From positions 15,700 through 79,699 of the forward strand of contig JAKBHH010000004.1 of assembly GCA_021836865.1 (NCBI GenBank): a DNA stretch of 64,000 bases. Direction: 5' to 3'. Made by a program: the position numbers and the translations under genes. A model generated the notes under the pieces. That model was given only the letters and a program-made list of their open reading frames with translations, was not told where the DNA came from and searched no databases. The DNA is from Acidobacteriota bacterium. GTDB taxonomy: Bacteria; Acidobacteriota; Terriglobia; Terriglobales; Acidobacteriaceae. Below are positions 45,989-54,483 of the stretch, piece after piece (the stretch's first letter is position 1; each line of letters opens with the position of its first letter).

Positions 45989-47092
45989 GTGTACCGGCTG
46001 AACGGAGACGGCTTGAAAAAGAGACAATTGATTCTTGGACTGCTGGCGATCGCCGCAATTGTTGCCCTGGTCGTGTGGGGTCGCGACAGAATCCACTTCG
46101 ACTTCGCCGTCTTTCGCGCCCAGCTCGCGCAGGCCGACTGGCGGCTGCTCGCCGTTGGCGTGGCCTGCATTTATCTCGGTTTCGTGGTCCGATCCTTCCG
46201 CTGGGCTTTCCTGCTGCGTCACAACCAGCAGGTATCCACCCTCTCTTTGTTGGGAACGCAGGTCATCGGGTTCACCGCCGTGGCGCTCATTGGCCGGGTG
46301 GCAGATCCAGTCCGCCCCTATCTCGTCTCCAAAAAGACCGGCCTGCCCCTCAGCAACCAGTTCGCCGTCTACATCGTCGAGCGGCTCTTTGACCTGGGCA
46401 CCATGGCGCTCATCTTCTCATCGGCCATCCTGCTCACCACATGGTTCGGTCAGCCGGGAACCCTGCCCCATCCAGAGCTGGTGAAGAAAGCCGGCTACGG
46501 CGGCATGTTGCTCACCCTCGCCGGTGCCGTCTTTCTGGTTGCCGTCCGCCTCGCCGGGGGAGTTGTCGCCACCTTTCTTGAAGGCGCATTCGGCCTGTTC
46601 TCAAAGAAACTGGGCCAAGCGGCTGGAAGCAAGATACACGCCTTCCATACCGGCCTGGATACGATGCGCTCCTTTTCGGAGTTTGCCGTCGTCGCCCTGG
46701 TCTCCCTGGGAATGTGGCTCCTGATTCTGCTCGCCTATCTTGAGACGGCGCGCGCCTTTGTGGCCAGCCCGCAGCTAGCTTCCATGACCGTGGCCAAATG
46801 CGTCCTGTTGCTAGCCGCCAGCGGAACAGCCAGCGTTTTTCAATTGCCGGTCGTGGGCTGGTTCACCCAGATTGGCCTGGTGGCCGCGGCCATTACCGGC
46901 CTCTTTGGCGCAACACCTGAGGCTGCCACGGCCTGCGGCGGCGCATTGCTGCTGGTCACCTTCCTCAGCATCGTGCCCGTAGGGCTCATCTGGGCGCAGT
47001 TTGAGCATGTAAGCCTGCGCAGGGTCGCCGCGGAAAGCGGCCACGCCGGCGAGGAGCTGCAAGCCGCGGAAAACGCCGCCCCGGCAGAGTAG
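45989..47092 (+). CDS. flippase-like / lysylphosphatidylglycerol-synthase TM-region family membrane protein (UPF0104)
   Basis: 367 aa with about 8 TM helices. The 'RSFRWAFLL' and 'VYIVERLFDLGTMALIF' pattern is typical of the UPF0104 family. Confidence 0.6.
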   Translation: MYRLNGDGLKKRQLILGLLAIAAIVALVVWGRDRIHFDFAVFRAQLAQADWRLLAVGVACIYLGFVVRSFRWAFLLRHNQQVSTLSLLGTQVIGFTAVALIGRVADPVRPYLVSKKTGLPLSNQFAVYIVERLFDLGTMALIFSSAILLTTWFGQPGTLPHPELVKKAGYGGMLLTLAGAVFLVAVRLAGGVVATFLEGAFGLFSKKLGQAAGSKIHAFHTGLDTMRSFSEFAVVALVSLGMWLLILLAYLETARAFVASPQLASMTVAKCVLLLAASGTASVFQLPVVGWFTQIGLVAAAITGLFGATPEAATACGGALLLVTFLSIVPVGLIWAQFEHVSLRRVAAESGHAGEELQAAENAAPAE

Positions 47093-47108
47093 GGCGCTCC
47101 GCACGGCG

Positions 47109-47768
47109 CTACTCCATCGGGCTGCCGGACGGCGTATATCGCAGTGTCTCCGGAGCCACGGCGCCGCCCGTCAGCAGCATGCTCATCGCCTGCTCCATCG
47201 TCAGGTCCGTCTCCGTCACCCGCTCCAGCGGCAACACCTGCAGAAAAGCCGAGGTCGGATTGATGGCGTTGGGCACCAGAACCGCTGCCAGCGGCCGCCC
47301 GGTCGTCGAATCTGTCAGCGTACGCGTCAAAAATCCCACGCACTTCTGGCCCGCGATGGGGAAATCCACCAGCACTACGCGCTGGCTGGTCTCTTTCTTG
47401 GCCATCATCGTCTCCAGCAGTTGCCGCACCGATGTATAAACCTTGGCGACAAAAGGCAGACGTTCCAGAATGGCTTCAAACAGATCGAAGACCTGCCGTC
47501 CAAGCACCTGGGAGGTGACCCGGCCCACCACGTAGAGCACCAGCAACGTGAGCCCAATTGCCAGCACAGACTGCATCCAGGGGTCGGCCAGCCACTCCTC
47601 GGGGAAGAATGCGCCCAGAAATTTCAGCAGTGGCAAACCCGCCTTGGCAAGGCTGCCCAGCACAAAGCTGAAGACAAGCCAGGTAACGAACAGCGGGCCT
47701 ATCGTAATGACTCCAGCGAGGATATTGCGCTGCAGGTTCCGCAAAAGTCTTGCGACAACGAGTTTCAC
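47109..47768 (-). CDS. DUF502-family membrane protein
   Basis: Two N-terminal TMs ('ILAGVITIGPLFVTWLVFSFVL', 'VLAIGLTLLVLYVVG'), 'LPFVAKVYTSVRQL', and 'VLVPNAINPTSAFLQVLP'. GTG at 47768 has AGGAGA 6 nt upstream. The longest ORF extends to 47876. Confidence 0.7.
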   Translation of the reverse strand: MKLVVARLLRNLQRNILAGVITIGPLFVTWLVFSFVLGSLAKAGLPLLKFLGAFFPEEWLADPWMQSVLAIGLTLLVLYVVGRVTSQVLGRQVFDLFEAILERLPFVAKVYTSVRQLLETMMAKKETSQRVVLVDFPIAGQKCVGFLTRTLTDSTTGRPLAAVLVPNAINPTSAFLQVLPLERVTETDLTMEQAMSMLLTGGAVAPETLRYTPSGSPME

Positions 47769-47951
47769 GAAGCTCTCCTGCGAATGAGAATACGCGAAAT
47801 TCAGAGCCTGCAGGCCACTTCGGCCCTGTCGTACGGTGTGATAATCTTGAGCGCACAGTTGCATCCATCTGCGCAATCTGGCTAAGGTCAGCGTCTGCCA
47901 GGCTCACGGGGTGCGGCTTTCTCCCCAGAGATTGAAGAAGGACGTCACCGC

Positions 47952-48725
47952 ATGAGCCAAACAGAGAGCTCTGTCCCAAATAGTTCCGGCACAAATAATT
48001 CCGGCATTCGTGTCGAACATTCACACGGCAATCCGGCGCGCATGTTCGATTCATGGATGACAGTCCGCAAGGAGGCGCCCATCAGCGTGCTGCCTTCTGA
48101 AGAAGAACGCGAAATGCCCCGGCCTGCACACACGGTGCGCAGGCCGTCGTTGCCCGACCCGCTGGACGCAGGGACCACCGCCGCTCCCACCCCGCCGGCA
48201 GAGGCTGCCAAGCCTGCTCCGCCTCCGCCGCCCCCCACTGTGGAAGCAGAGGCAAAACCCCACCCGGCCCAGCCGCCGCTGCGGATTGCCGCTCCGCAGC
48301 GCTCTGCGGGAACGCATCGGAAGCTTGATATGTTCAAGACGGCCCTGGTCATCGCCCAAAAAATGATGCCCTTGCTGGATGGCAATGTCGTCACTACGGT
48401 GTCGAATCTGCTGGCTCCGCGCGTCGTCGCCCCTGCCGCAGCTAAAGAGCTTGCCACCATCGAAAGCGGCCTCAAGACCCTCAACGATGCCCATCGCGGC
48501 CTCTCTGACCGCGTGGCAGAGCAGAACAGCGCGGTTAAATCCCTCGCCGATCGCCTCGATCTGGTAAAGGAAGCAACAGACCGGAACACCCTCGAGCAGC
48601 AGGAGATGATGGCCGATGCCCGCGCTCTGCGCAAAAAAATGGCGCTCTTTGCCTGGGCTGGCATGGCTTTGCTGGTTGCTTCTGTTGCCATGAACCTTAT
48701 CCTGCTGCTCAGAATGATGCGATAA
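47952..48725 (+). CDS. hypothetical tail-anchored protein (Pro-rich N-terminus, coiled coil, C-terminal TM)
   Basis: 257 aa. Disordered Pro/Ala-rich first half, a heptad-like middle ('LKTLNDAHRGLSDRVAEQNSAVKSLADRLDLVKEATD') and a terminal TM ('LFAWAGMALLVASVAMNLILLL'). Confidence 0.5.
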   Translation: MSQTESSVPNSSGTNNSGIRVEHSHGNPARMFDSWMTVRKEAPISVLPSEEEREMPRPAHTVRRPSLPDPLDAGTTAAPTPPAEAAKPAPPPPPPTVEAEAKPHPAQPPLRIAAPQRSAGTHRKLDMFKTALVIAQKMMPLLDGNVVTTVSNLLAPRVVAPAAAKELATIESGLKTLNDAHRGLSDRVAEQNSAVKSLADRLDLVKEATDRNTLEQQEMMADARALRKKMALFAWAGMALLVASVAMNLILLLRMMR

Positions 48726-49045
48726 CGACCCGGTGCCGGAGGCGATTCGCCCTGCGCGCGCCGGCCCCTCCCCGGTCGCGCTTTATACGATTCCCTCCCA
48801 ATTTTGCCTGAGTTTTTGATCCTATAAACTTATAATTTCTTCTTATAAAAGCAAATTGACCCGTTTCTGCTTCCCTTCCCCAACTTCGTGATGTGAGACG
48901 TTGCCAGTCGTGTTTTCCAGGGGCTAGTATTCCCGGTAGTTCAACTGGGGATTTATGCCCCGAGCCACAATGCAGTTGTTCCTGAGTCCACAGAGCTTCA
49001 CTAACGAGCGCCGCTTACCGGCGGCCGCACACGGAGTGCCACGAC

Positions 49046-49867
49046 ATGGCATGGTATGCCTACTGCATCGGTGAAAAACAAGCTTTTCCTGAATTAGCCC
49101 GCCATCGCAAACCAGTTCCCTTGGAATCCGTTCACGGAGTGAGCGGCAACCAGGTCTTTCTCTACCCCGCAAGCGATCTGGCCATCATTGTCAGCGAGCA
49201 CAACCCCAACGAGGGATTCACGCAGAAGGCCGGCGTGGATCACGCAAGGGTCATCGCGGACTGCTTCCAGCATTCCACGGTCCTTCCCTTCCGTTTTGGA
49301 ACCGTCTTCAACGACGATGAGACCCTCCGCAAATCCGTCCGCTCCAACCAGCGGCAGTTTCAGACCAACATTGACAAGCTGCGCGGCAAGACCGAGATGC
49401 ACTTGAAGATATTTGTGGATGACTGCTGCGGGCGTGAGGTAAGCCGGCCCTCCTCGTCTGAGACGGTGGGCCGCGAATACCTGACCAACCTGCGCGAGAC
49501 CGCATCACGCCAGCGCGAGCGCCAGACGCGGGCCCGCGCCGTGAGCTTCCAGATGCACAGGCTGTTCATGCCGTTGGATGAGGAAGTAAGCTGCCGCCTC
49601 ACCGAAGGCGGCAAAATGGTGCTCGACATCGCACACCTGATCGAGCGCAAGTGCGTCGAGCGGTATCAAAACAAGTTTGCCTCCACCAGCGCGATGATGC
49701 GCGAGTGCCATTTACAGCTCTCCGGTCCATGGCCGCCCTATCACTTCGTCCATCGCCTTACCCGCGGCGCGCACCTGCCGCAGCAGGCGCCGATGGTCGC
49801 CAACACCCCTGAACTGGCTGCCAAAGCGGCCGTCATGCTCGGGCAGCCAATGCCCGCGATGGCCTAG
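49046..49867 (+). CDS. GvpL/GvpF-family protein
   Basis: Contains 'WYAYCI', 'LAIIVSE', 'HARVIADCFQHSTVLPFRFGTVF', 'LRGKTEMHLKI' and the C-terminal 'LSGPWPPYHF'. These are the hallmark blocks of the gas-vesicle GvpL/GvpF family as I remember them. Confidence 0.75.
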   Translation: MAWYAYCIGEKQAFPELARHRKPVPLESVHGVSGNQVFLYPASDLAIIVSEHNPNEGFTQKAGVDHARVIADCFQHSTVLPFRFGTVFNDDETLRKSVRSNQRQFQTNIDKLRGKTEMHLKIFVDDCCGREVSRPSSSETVGREYLTNLRETASRQRERQTRARAVSFQMHRLFMPLDEEVSCRLTEGGKMVLDIAHLIERKCVERYQNKFASTSAMMRECHLQLSGPWPPYHFVHRLTRGAHLPQQAPMVANTPELAAKAAVMLGQPMPAMA

Positions 49868-49907
49868 TCAAGGACCACGCAGTTCCAATCCAATCACCGC
49901 GCAAAAA

Positions 49908-49930
49908 AGCCCCGGCATTTGGCCGGGGCT
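49908..49930. terminator. bidirectional rho-independent terminator
   Basis: 9-bp stem AGCCCCGGC-ATTTG-GCCGGGGCT, flanked by an A6 run upstream and a T4 run (TTTTGC) downstream. It lies between the convergent GvpL/F-like gene and pgsA. Confidence 0.8.
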
Positions 49931-49949
49931 TTTTGCAGCGCTCGCTAGC

Positions 49950-50600
49950 CTAGTTGGCGCCGGACGTGCCTGCTCCCTTGCGCCGCGAAAGCACAAACGA
50001 CTTCCGCCGGTCGTTGGAGGCGTGGTCGATCTGCTTCCAGAAGCCCACAAAGTAGTCCACGGCAGAGATCGTCGAGACCAGCACCGTGAAGTAGATTGCA
50101 GCCACGGCAAGCCAGTTCACCGGGATCACCAGGTCGCCGAACTGCCACATATCCCATCGGTGCGCCAGGATGGCCGAGACGACCGAGACAATCTGGACGA
50201 CCGTTTTGAGCTTGCCCAGATCGCTGGCCTGGATCGTGAACCCTTCAGAAGAGGCGATGGAGCGCAGTCCGGAGACCAGAAATTCGCGTCCGATAATGAC
50301 CACGGCGATCCAGACCTTGACCACATGCGGGTTATAGGCCACCAGGGCAATCAGCGCCGCGGTCACCATAATCTTGTCCGCCAGCGGATCAAGCAGCATC
50401 CCCATGGTGGTGATCTGGCCACGTTTGCGGGCCAGGTAGCCGTCCAGCCCGTCGGTGATGGAAGCCAGGATGAACAGCACCGACGCCAGAATCTCCTGCG
50501 CACCGCTCGCCCCCTGCCACGGGAAATGCGGCGAGAGTATCCACAACAGCAGCGGGATCATGACGATCCGGCTCATCGTGATTGAGTTGGGCAGATTCAT
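49950..50600 (-). CDS. pgsA: CDP-diacylglycerol--glycerol-3-phosphate 3-phosphatidyltransferase
   Basis: Starts 'MNLPNSITMSRI'. Contains the CDP-alcohol phosphatidyltransferase motif 'DGLDGYLARKRGQITTMGMLLDPLADK'. ATG at 50600 chosen inside the longer ORF. Confidence 0.9.
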   Translation of the reverse strand: MNLPNSITMSRIVMIPLLLWILSPHFPWQGASGAQEILASVLFILASITDGLDGYLARKRGQITTMGMLLDPLADKIMVTAALIALVAYNPHVVKVWIAVVIIGREFLVSGLRSIASSEGFTIQASDLGKLKTVVQIVSVVSAILAHRWDMWQFGDLVIPVNWLAVAAIYFTVLVSTISAVDYFVGFWKQIDHASNDRRKSFVLSRRKGAGTSGAN

Positions 50601-50710
50601 GGCTCGTACATCCCAGCGCGGGCGTCTACTCCGGCTTGGGTCCATTATTGCACTGCTTTGTGTCCGTGTGGGTTTGCGTCCTGCGAGATGCGGGGCGGAT
50701 CTGCCCAGCG

Positions 50711-51220
50711 CTACTTTGCCCGCGAGCTGGCCAGCGGATAGGAGGCAACAAGAAAGCGCGCCTGATCGCTGTCAATTGGCGTCAGTTCCAGCAGTTCCAC
50801 GTCACGCGACACAAGCAGCCGCGTCCGAAACGCATACGACTTCCCTGCCTCGGCGGTGAAATGCGCCAGCTCCACGCGCTGGTCAACGAAGGCGGATTGC
50901 AACGTAGCGCACACATGATGCTCCCCCGGCGTCACCGTGATGGAAAAGTACGAATCCGCATGATTGGCGCCAACCCAGGCTCCATCCAGGCCAAGAATCG
51001 TGGTGGGATAGCCGGGCGGATGAGCGAGAAACGTGCCTGCGTCGTGGATAAAGTAGATGCGCGCCTTTCCCGACTCAATGGGCGCCATCGTGTGCTGCAT
51101 CTTGTCCAGCGTGACTTTGAAGCGCGCGCCCTCAGGTCCGCAGGCCTGCGCCAGCCGCGCATCCGGCTTCTGCGCCACGGCAGACGCAGTCAGCAAAGCT
51201 GCAATCAGAGCGGCTTTCAT
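50711..51220 (-). CDS. secreted hypothetical protein (DUF2846-like)
   Basis: Signal peptide 'MKAALIAALLTASAVAQ', G-rich SD. The 'ARIYFIHD...LGLDGAWVGANHADSYFSITVTPGEHHV' beta-rich pattern resembles DUF2846, recalled from memory. Confidence 0.5.
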   Translation of the reverse strand: MKAALIAALLTASAVAQKPDARLAQACGPEGARFKVTLDKMQHTMAPIESGKARIYFIHDAGTFLAHPPGYPTTILGLDGAWVGANHADSYFSITVTPGEHHVCATLQSAFVDQRVELAHFTAEAGKSYAFRTRLLVSRDVELLELTPIDSDQARFLVASYPLASSRAK

Positions 51221-51373
51221 CCCTCTTCCCTTGTCGGAGCGAATTTTCTTCCGGCCAATCCAACCAGGCCAGCATGAAGAATTCGAGCTTGCGTAGCGGT
51301 CAAGACGCGTGCGGAACAGGCCTCACGCCCATCCCGCACCGCTTGCCTCCGCCACGCTGTGCCTGCCCGTAGC

Positions 51374-52651
51374 TTACGCGTAGATCCCGCGCTGCTTGAT
51401 GGTGAAGGCGACGCGATCAATCGACAGCATATACGCCGCGATCCGGTTGTTCACGTTGTGCGCTTCCGCATAACGGACCACGTCTTCAAAGCTGTCGCGC
51501 AAGATCGTCTCCAGCTGCTCGTTGACGATCGCTTCTTTCCAGAAGTAACCCTGACGATCCTGCACCCACTCAAAGTAGCTCGCCGTCACCCCGCCAGCAT
51601 TGGCCAGAATGTCGGGCACCACGAAAATTCGCTTCTCGGCCAGAATTTCATCGGCCACTGCGGTGGTGGGACCGTTCGCGCCCTCCACCACAATCCGCGC
51701 CTTGATCCTGTCCGCATTGCGGCTCGTGATCACATTCTCCGTGGCTGCCGGAATCAGGATCTCGCACTCGGCCGTGATCAGCTCGTCGCTTGGAATCGCC
51801 TCCGCGCCGCGGAAGCCCAGAGTTGTGCTATTGCGGCTCTTGTATTCCAGCAATTGATGGATGTCGATGCCCGCCGGATTCAGCAGGCCGCCCTCTTTCT
51901 CTGCAATGCCGATAACCTTGTAGCCGTGCTCCATCAGCAGCCTGGCCGTGTTTGACCCCACATTGCCGAAGCCCTGGATCACCACCCGGCAGCCTTCCAC
52001 TGACTGATTCAGGTAGCGGAGGCTCTGGTCGCAGACCACCTTCACGCCGCGGCCTGTGGCTTCAATCCGGCCCCGAGATCCGCCAATATTCAGCGGCTTG
52101 CCCGTCACCACGCTGGTCACCGTGCGGCCCATGTGCATGGAGTAGGTGTCCATAATCCACGCCATGGTCTGCTCGTTGGTATTCATGTCGGGCGCGGGCA
52201 CGTCTTTTTCAGGCCCGATGAAATCGATAATTTCAGAGGTGTACCGCCGCGTCATCCGTTCCAGTTCGCCCTGGCTCATGGCCTTGGGGTCGCAGATCAC
52301 GCCCCCCTTGGCACCTCCAAATGGAATATTGACGACGGCGCACTTCCAAGTCATCCAGCTGGCGAGCGCCCGCACCTCGTCCAGGGTCACATCGGGGGAG
52401 TATCGGATGCCGCCCTTGGCGGGTCCGCGGGCTATATTGTGCTGTACACGAAAGCCGGTAAACATCTCAATACGCCCATCGTCCATCGTGACCGGAAAAT
52501 GAACAATAATCTCGCGCGCGGGAGTCCTGAGCAGTTTCCACAGGCCTTCATCGAGATTCAATTTACGTGCTGCAAAGTCGAACCGCGCGCTTTGGGCTTC
52601 CCAGGGGTTAATCTCCTGGTCCAAAGTCACAGTTTGTGGTGCCATTGGCAT
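51374..52651 (-). CDS. gdhA: Glu/Leu/Phe/Val-family dehydrogenase, probable glutamate dehydrogenase
   Basis: Contains 'GPAKGGIRY', 'PFGGAKGGV' (catalytic Lys) and 'IQGFGNVG' (Rossmann). ATG at 52651 has GGAGAG SD. A TTG at 52663 is the longest-ORF start. Confidence 0.9.
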   Translation of the reverse strand: MPMAPQTVTLDQEINPWEAQSARFDFAARKLNLDEGLWKLLRTPAREIIVHFPVTMDDGRIEMFTGFRVQHNIARGPAKGGIRYSPDVTLDEVRALASWMTWKCAVVNIPFGGAKGGVICDPKAMSQGELERMTRRYTSEIIDFIGPEKDVPAPDMNTNEQTMAWIMDTYSMHMGRTVTSVVTGKPLNIGGSRGRIEATGRGVKVVCDQSLRYLNQSVEGCRVVIQGFGNVGSNTARLLMEHGYKVIGIAEKEGGLLNPAGIDIHQLLEYKSRNSTTLGFRGAEAIPSDELITAECEILIPAATENVITSRNADRIKARIVVEGANGPTTAVADEILAEKRIFVVPDILANAGGVTASYFEWVQDRQGYFWKEAIVNEQLETILRDSFEDVVRYAEAHNVNNRIAAYMLSIDRVAFTIKQRGIYA

Positions 52652-53240
52652 ATCACTCTCCAATTCCTGGCGCCTTCAAAAAAAAGGTCACCGTTCGCCT
52701 CAGGGAATCATTGCCCGGTTAGATGCGCGTTCTACATTCCCGGATGGCGGGCACGTGACGCGACCTTCACAGCTCCCTGGGCTCATTCTTTCAGTTAGGG
52801 CAGACCTTGCGCTCTGCTCAAACCCTTGTGAGTCTAGGCTGCCAGACAAGCCTCGTCAAGCGCGTGAATCACCTCGACGGCAGTTGCTGAACCCTGGGAA
52901 TATCCCTCTGCTGCAACGTCGTCCGCCAGCCAGTCGAGGCATCCGGGAGGCCGATGAGACCCTGCACGCATCGACTTAGTTAACGCCATCGCCGGGACGA
53001 CCCTGCAAATCCGCCCCGAACTCTGCGCGGTAAGTTACACTCTGCACAGGCTTAACTTCTTCAACCTGGCAGGTTGCGGCAGCAACAGGTTGAACGACCC
53101 CATTGCTGTGGAGTAGGCAGAACCCACAGGTCGTACCTGATTGCCCAGCAGGTGCGGGTTGAGCAGTTTTGCCTGCGAATCCCGCCCGCAAAATGGTGGG
53201 ACTCGGAAGGGCAACAGGGCCCGCGAGATATGGAGATCAC

Positions 53241-54434
53241 ATGGCGGCCGCCAACAATATATTGGTCGTCGACGATGATGGGGTTGTGGGTTCGCTTGTC
53301 TCCAGCATGGCGCGGAGCATAGGCTTTCACTGCATTGTGACCAAAGACGCCGCCAACTGTCACAGGCTCGTAACGGCCGATACTGCAGTCATTATTCTCG
53401 ATCTCATCATGCCGGGCATGGACGGCATTGAAGTTCTCCGCCTGCTCGGGGAGCAGAAGTGCAGGGCGCGCATCGTGCTGATGAGCGGCATGGACAAGCG
53501 CGTCATCGAAACCGCCAAGAAGCTCGCCCGCACCCTCGGCCTCGTCGTCGTCGGCCACCTGCAAAAGCCCTTCGGCGTGGAAGAGCTGCGCATTGCGCTG
53601 GGCGACATCGCTCCCGACGAGAGTCTCCTGGTCGCGCACGAAAGGCCAAAGCTCGATTTTCCGGATGCGGAACTGGCGCGGGCATTCGCACAAGCTGAGT
53701 TCGTCAACTACTATCAGCCGCAAATCAGTCTGAAGACCGGAATGGTCACCGGGGTCGAGGTTTTGTCCCGCTGGTTCAATCCTCGACGCGGCGTCATTCT
53801 GCCTGAGCACTTCATCGCTCGCGCTGAATCCATGGGCTTCATCGACGCCCTCTGCTGGAGCACCGCGGAGATGGCGCTCGCAGACGTCCACCAGTTCCGG
53901 GACAAACTCGGCGCACAGGCACGAATATCCCTCAATGCATCCGTCCACACGTTGCGTGACCTGAAGTTCCCTGACATGTTCATGGCTCTGCTCGATCAAC
54001 ATGGGTTTCCTGCCGACAATCTCGTGATTGAAATTACCGAAACCGGTCTCATTCGCGAGTTGGCCCGCACCCTTGATGTGCTCACCCGGCTGCGCATGAA
54101 ATCCATCCAGCTATCCATCGATGACTTCGGCGCAGGCTACGCCATGATGCAACAGTTGCAAAATGTCCCGGCGACAGAATTGAAACTCGACATGAGCCTC
54201 GTCCAGAACATGCATGCCAGCCACACCGACCGCATTATGGTCGAAAAGACCATCGAAATGGGTCACGAACTGGGCATGGAGGTCATGGCCGAAGGGGTGA
54301 CCACAAAGGAGCAGGTAACGCTGCTGCAGGGCATGGGGTGTGACGGCGCGCAGGGATTCCTCTTTAGTCCTGCTTTGCCCCTTGCCGGGTTGGTCAAATG
54401 GCTGCACGGAGCAGGTGCCGCGCGCCTGATTTGA
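53241..54434 (+). CDS. response-regulator receiver domain fused to an EAL-type c-di-GMP phosphodiesterase domain
   Basis: REC domain: 'ILVVDDD', 'ILDLIMPGMDG', 'GHLQKP'. EAL domain: 'YYQPQI', 'EVLSRW' (EVL variant of EAL), 'LVIEITE', 'SIDDFGAGY', 'LKLD', 'VMAEGVTT', 'QGF'. Confidence 0.85.
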   Translation: MAAANNILVVDDDGVVGSLVSSMARSIGFHCIVTKDAANCHRLVTADTAVIILDLIMPGMDGIEVLRLLGEQKCRARIVLMSGMDKRVIETAKKLARTLGLVVVGHLQKPFGVEELRIALGDIAPDESLLVAHERPKLDFPDAELARAFAQAEFVNYYQPQISLKTGMVTGVEVLSRWFNPRRGVILPEHFIARAESMGFIDALCWSTAEMALADVHQFRDKLGAQARISLNASVHTLRDLKFPDMFMALLDQHGFPADNLVIEITETGLIRELARTLDVLTRLRMKSIQLSIDDFGAGYAMMQQLQNVPATELKLDMSLVQNMHASHTDRIMVEKTIEMGHELGMEVMAEGVTTKEQVTLLQGMGCDGAQGFLFSPALPLAGLVKWLHGAGAARLI

Positions 54435-54483
54435 AAGCAAGGCAACGACCAGCCTGCGCACCGGAACCGTTACACTGAAACTT

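Noticed and set aside
42085-46222. Several long minus-strand ORFs (42085-43272, 44226-45278, 44858-46222)
   Set aside because: Each is antisense to a plus-strand gene with clear family motifs (LolC/E, HAD, SLT, UPF0104). None has recognisable motifs of its own.
49027-49041. Good sigma-54 -24/-12 match (TGGCAC-TCCGT-GTGC) on the minus strand at the GvpL/F start
   Set aside because: It points away from any minus-strand gene, since the next gene upstream is plus-stranded, and it ends 5 nt upstream of the GvpL/F start codon. It is most likely a chance match.
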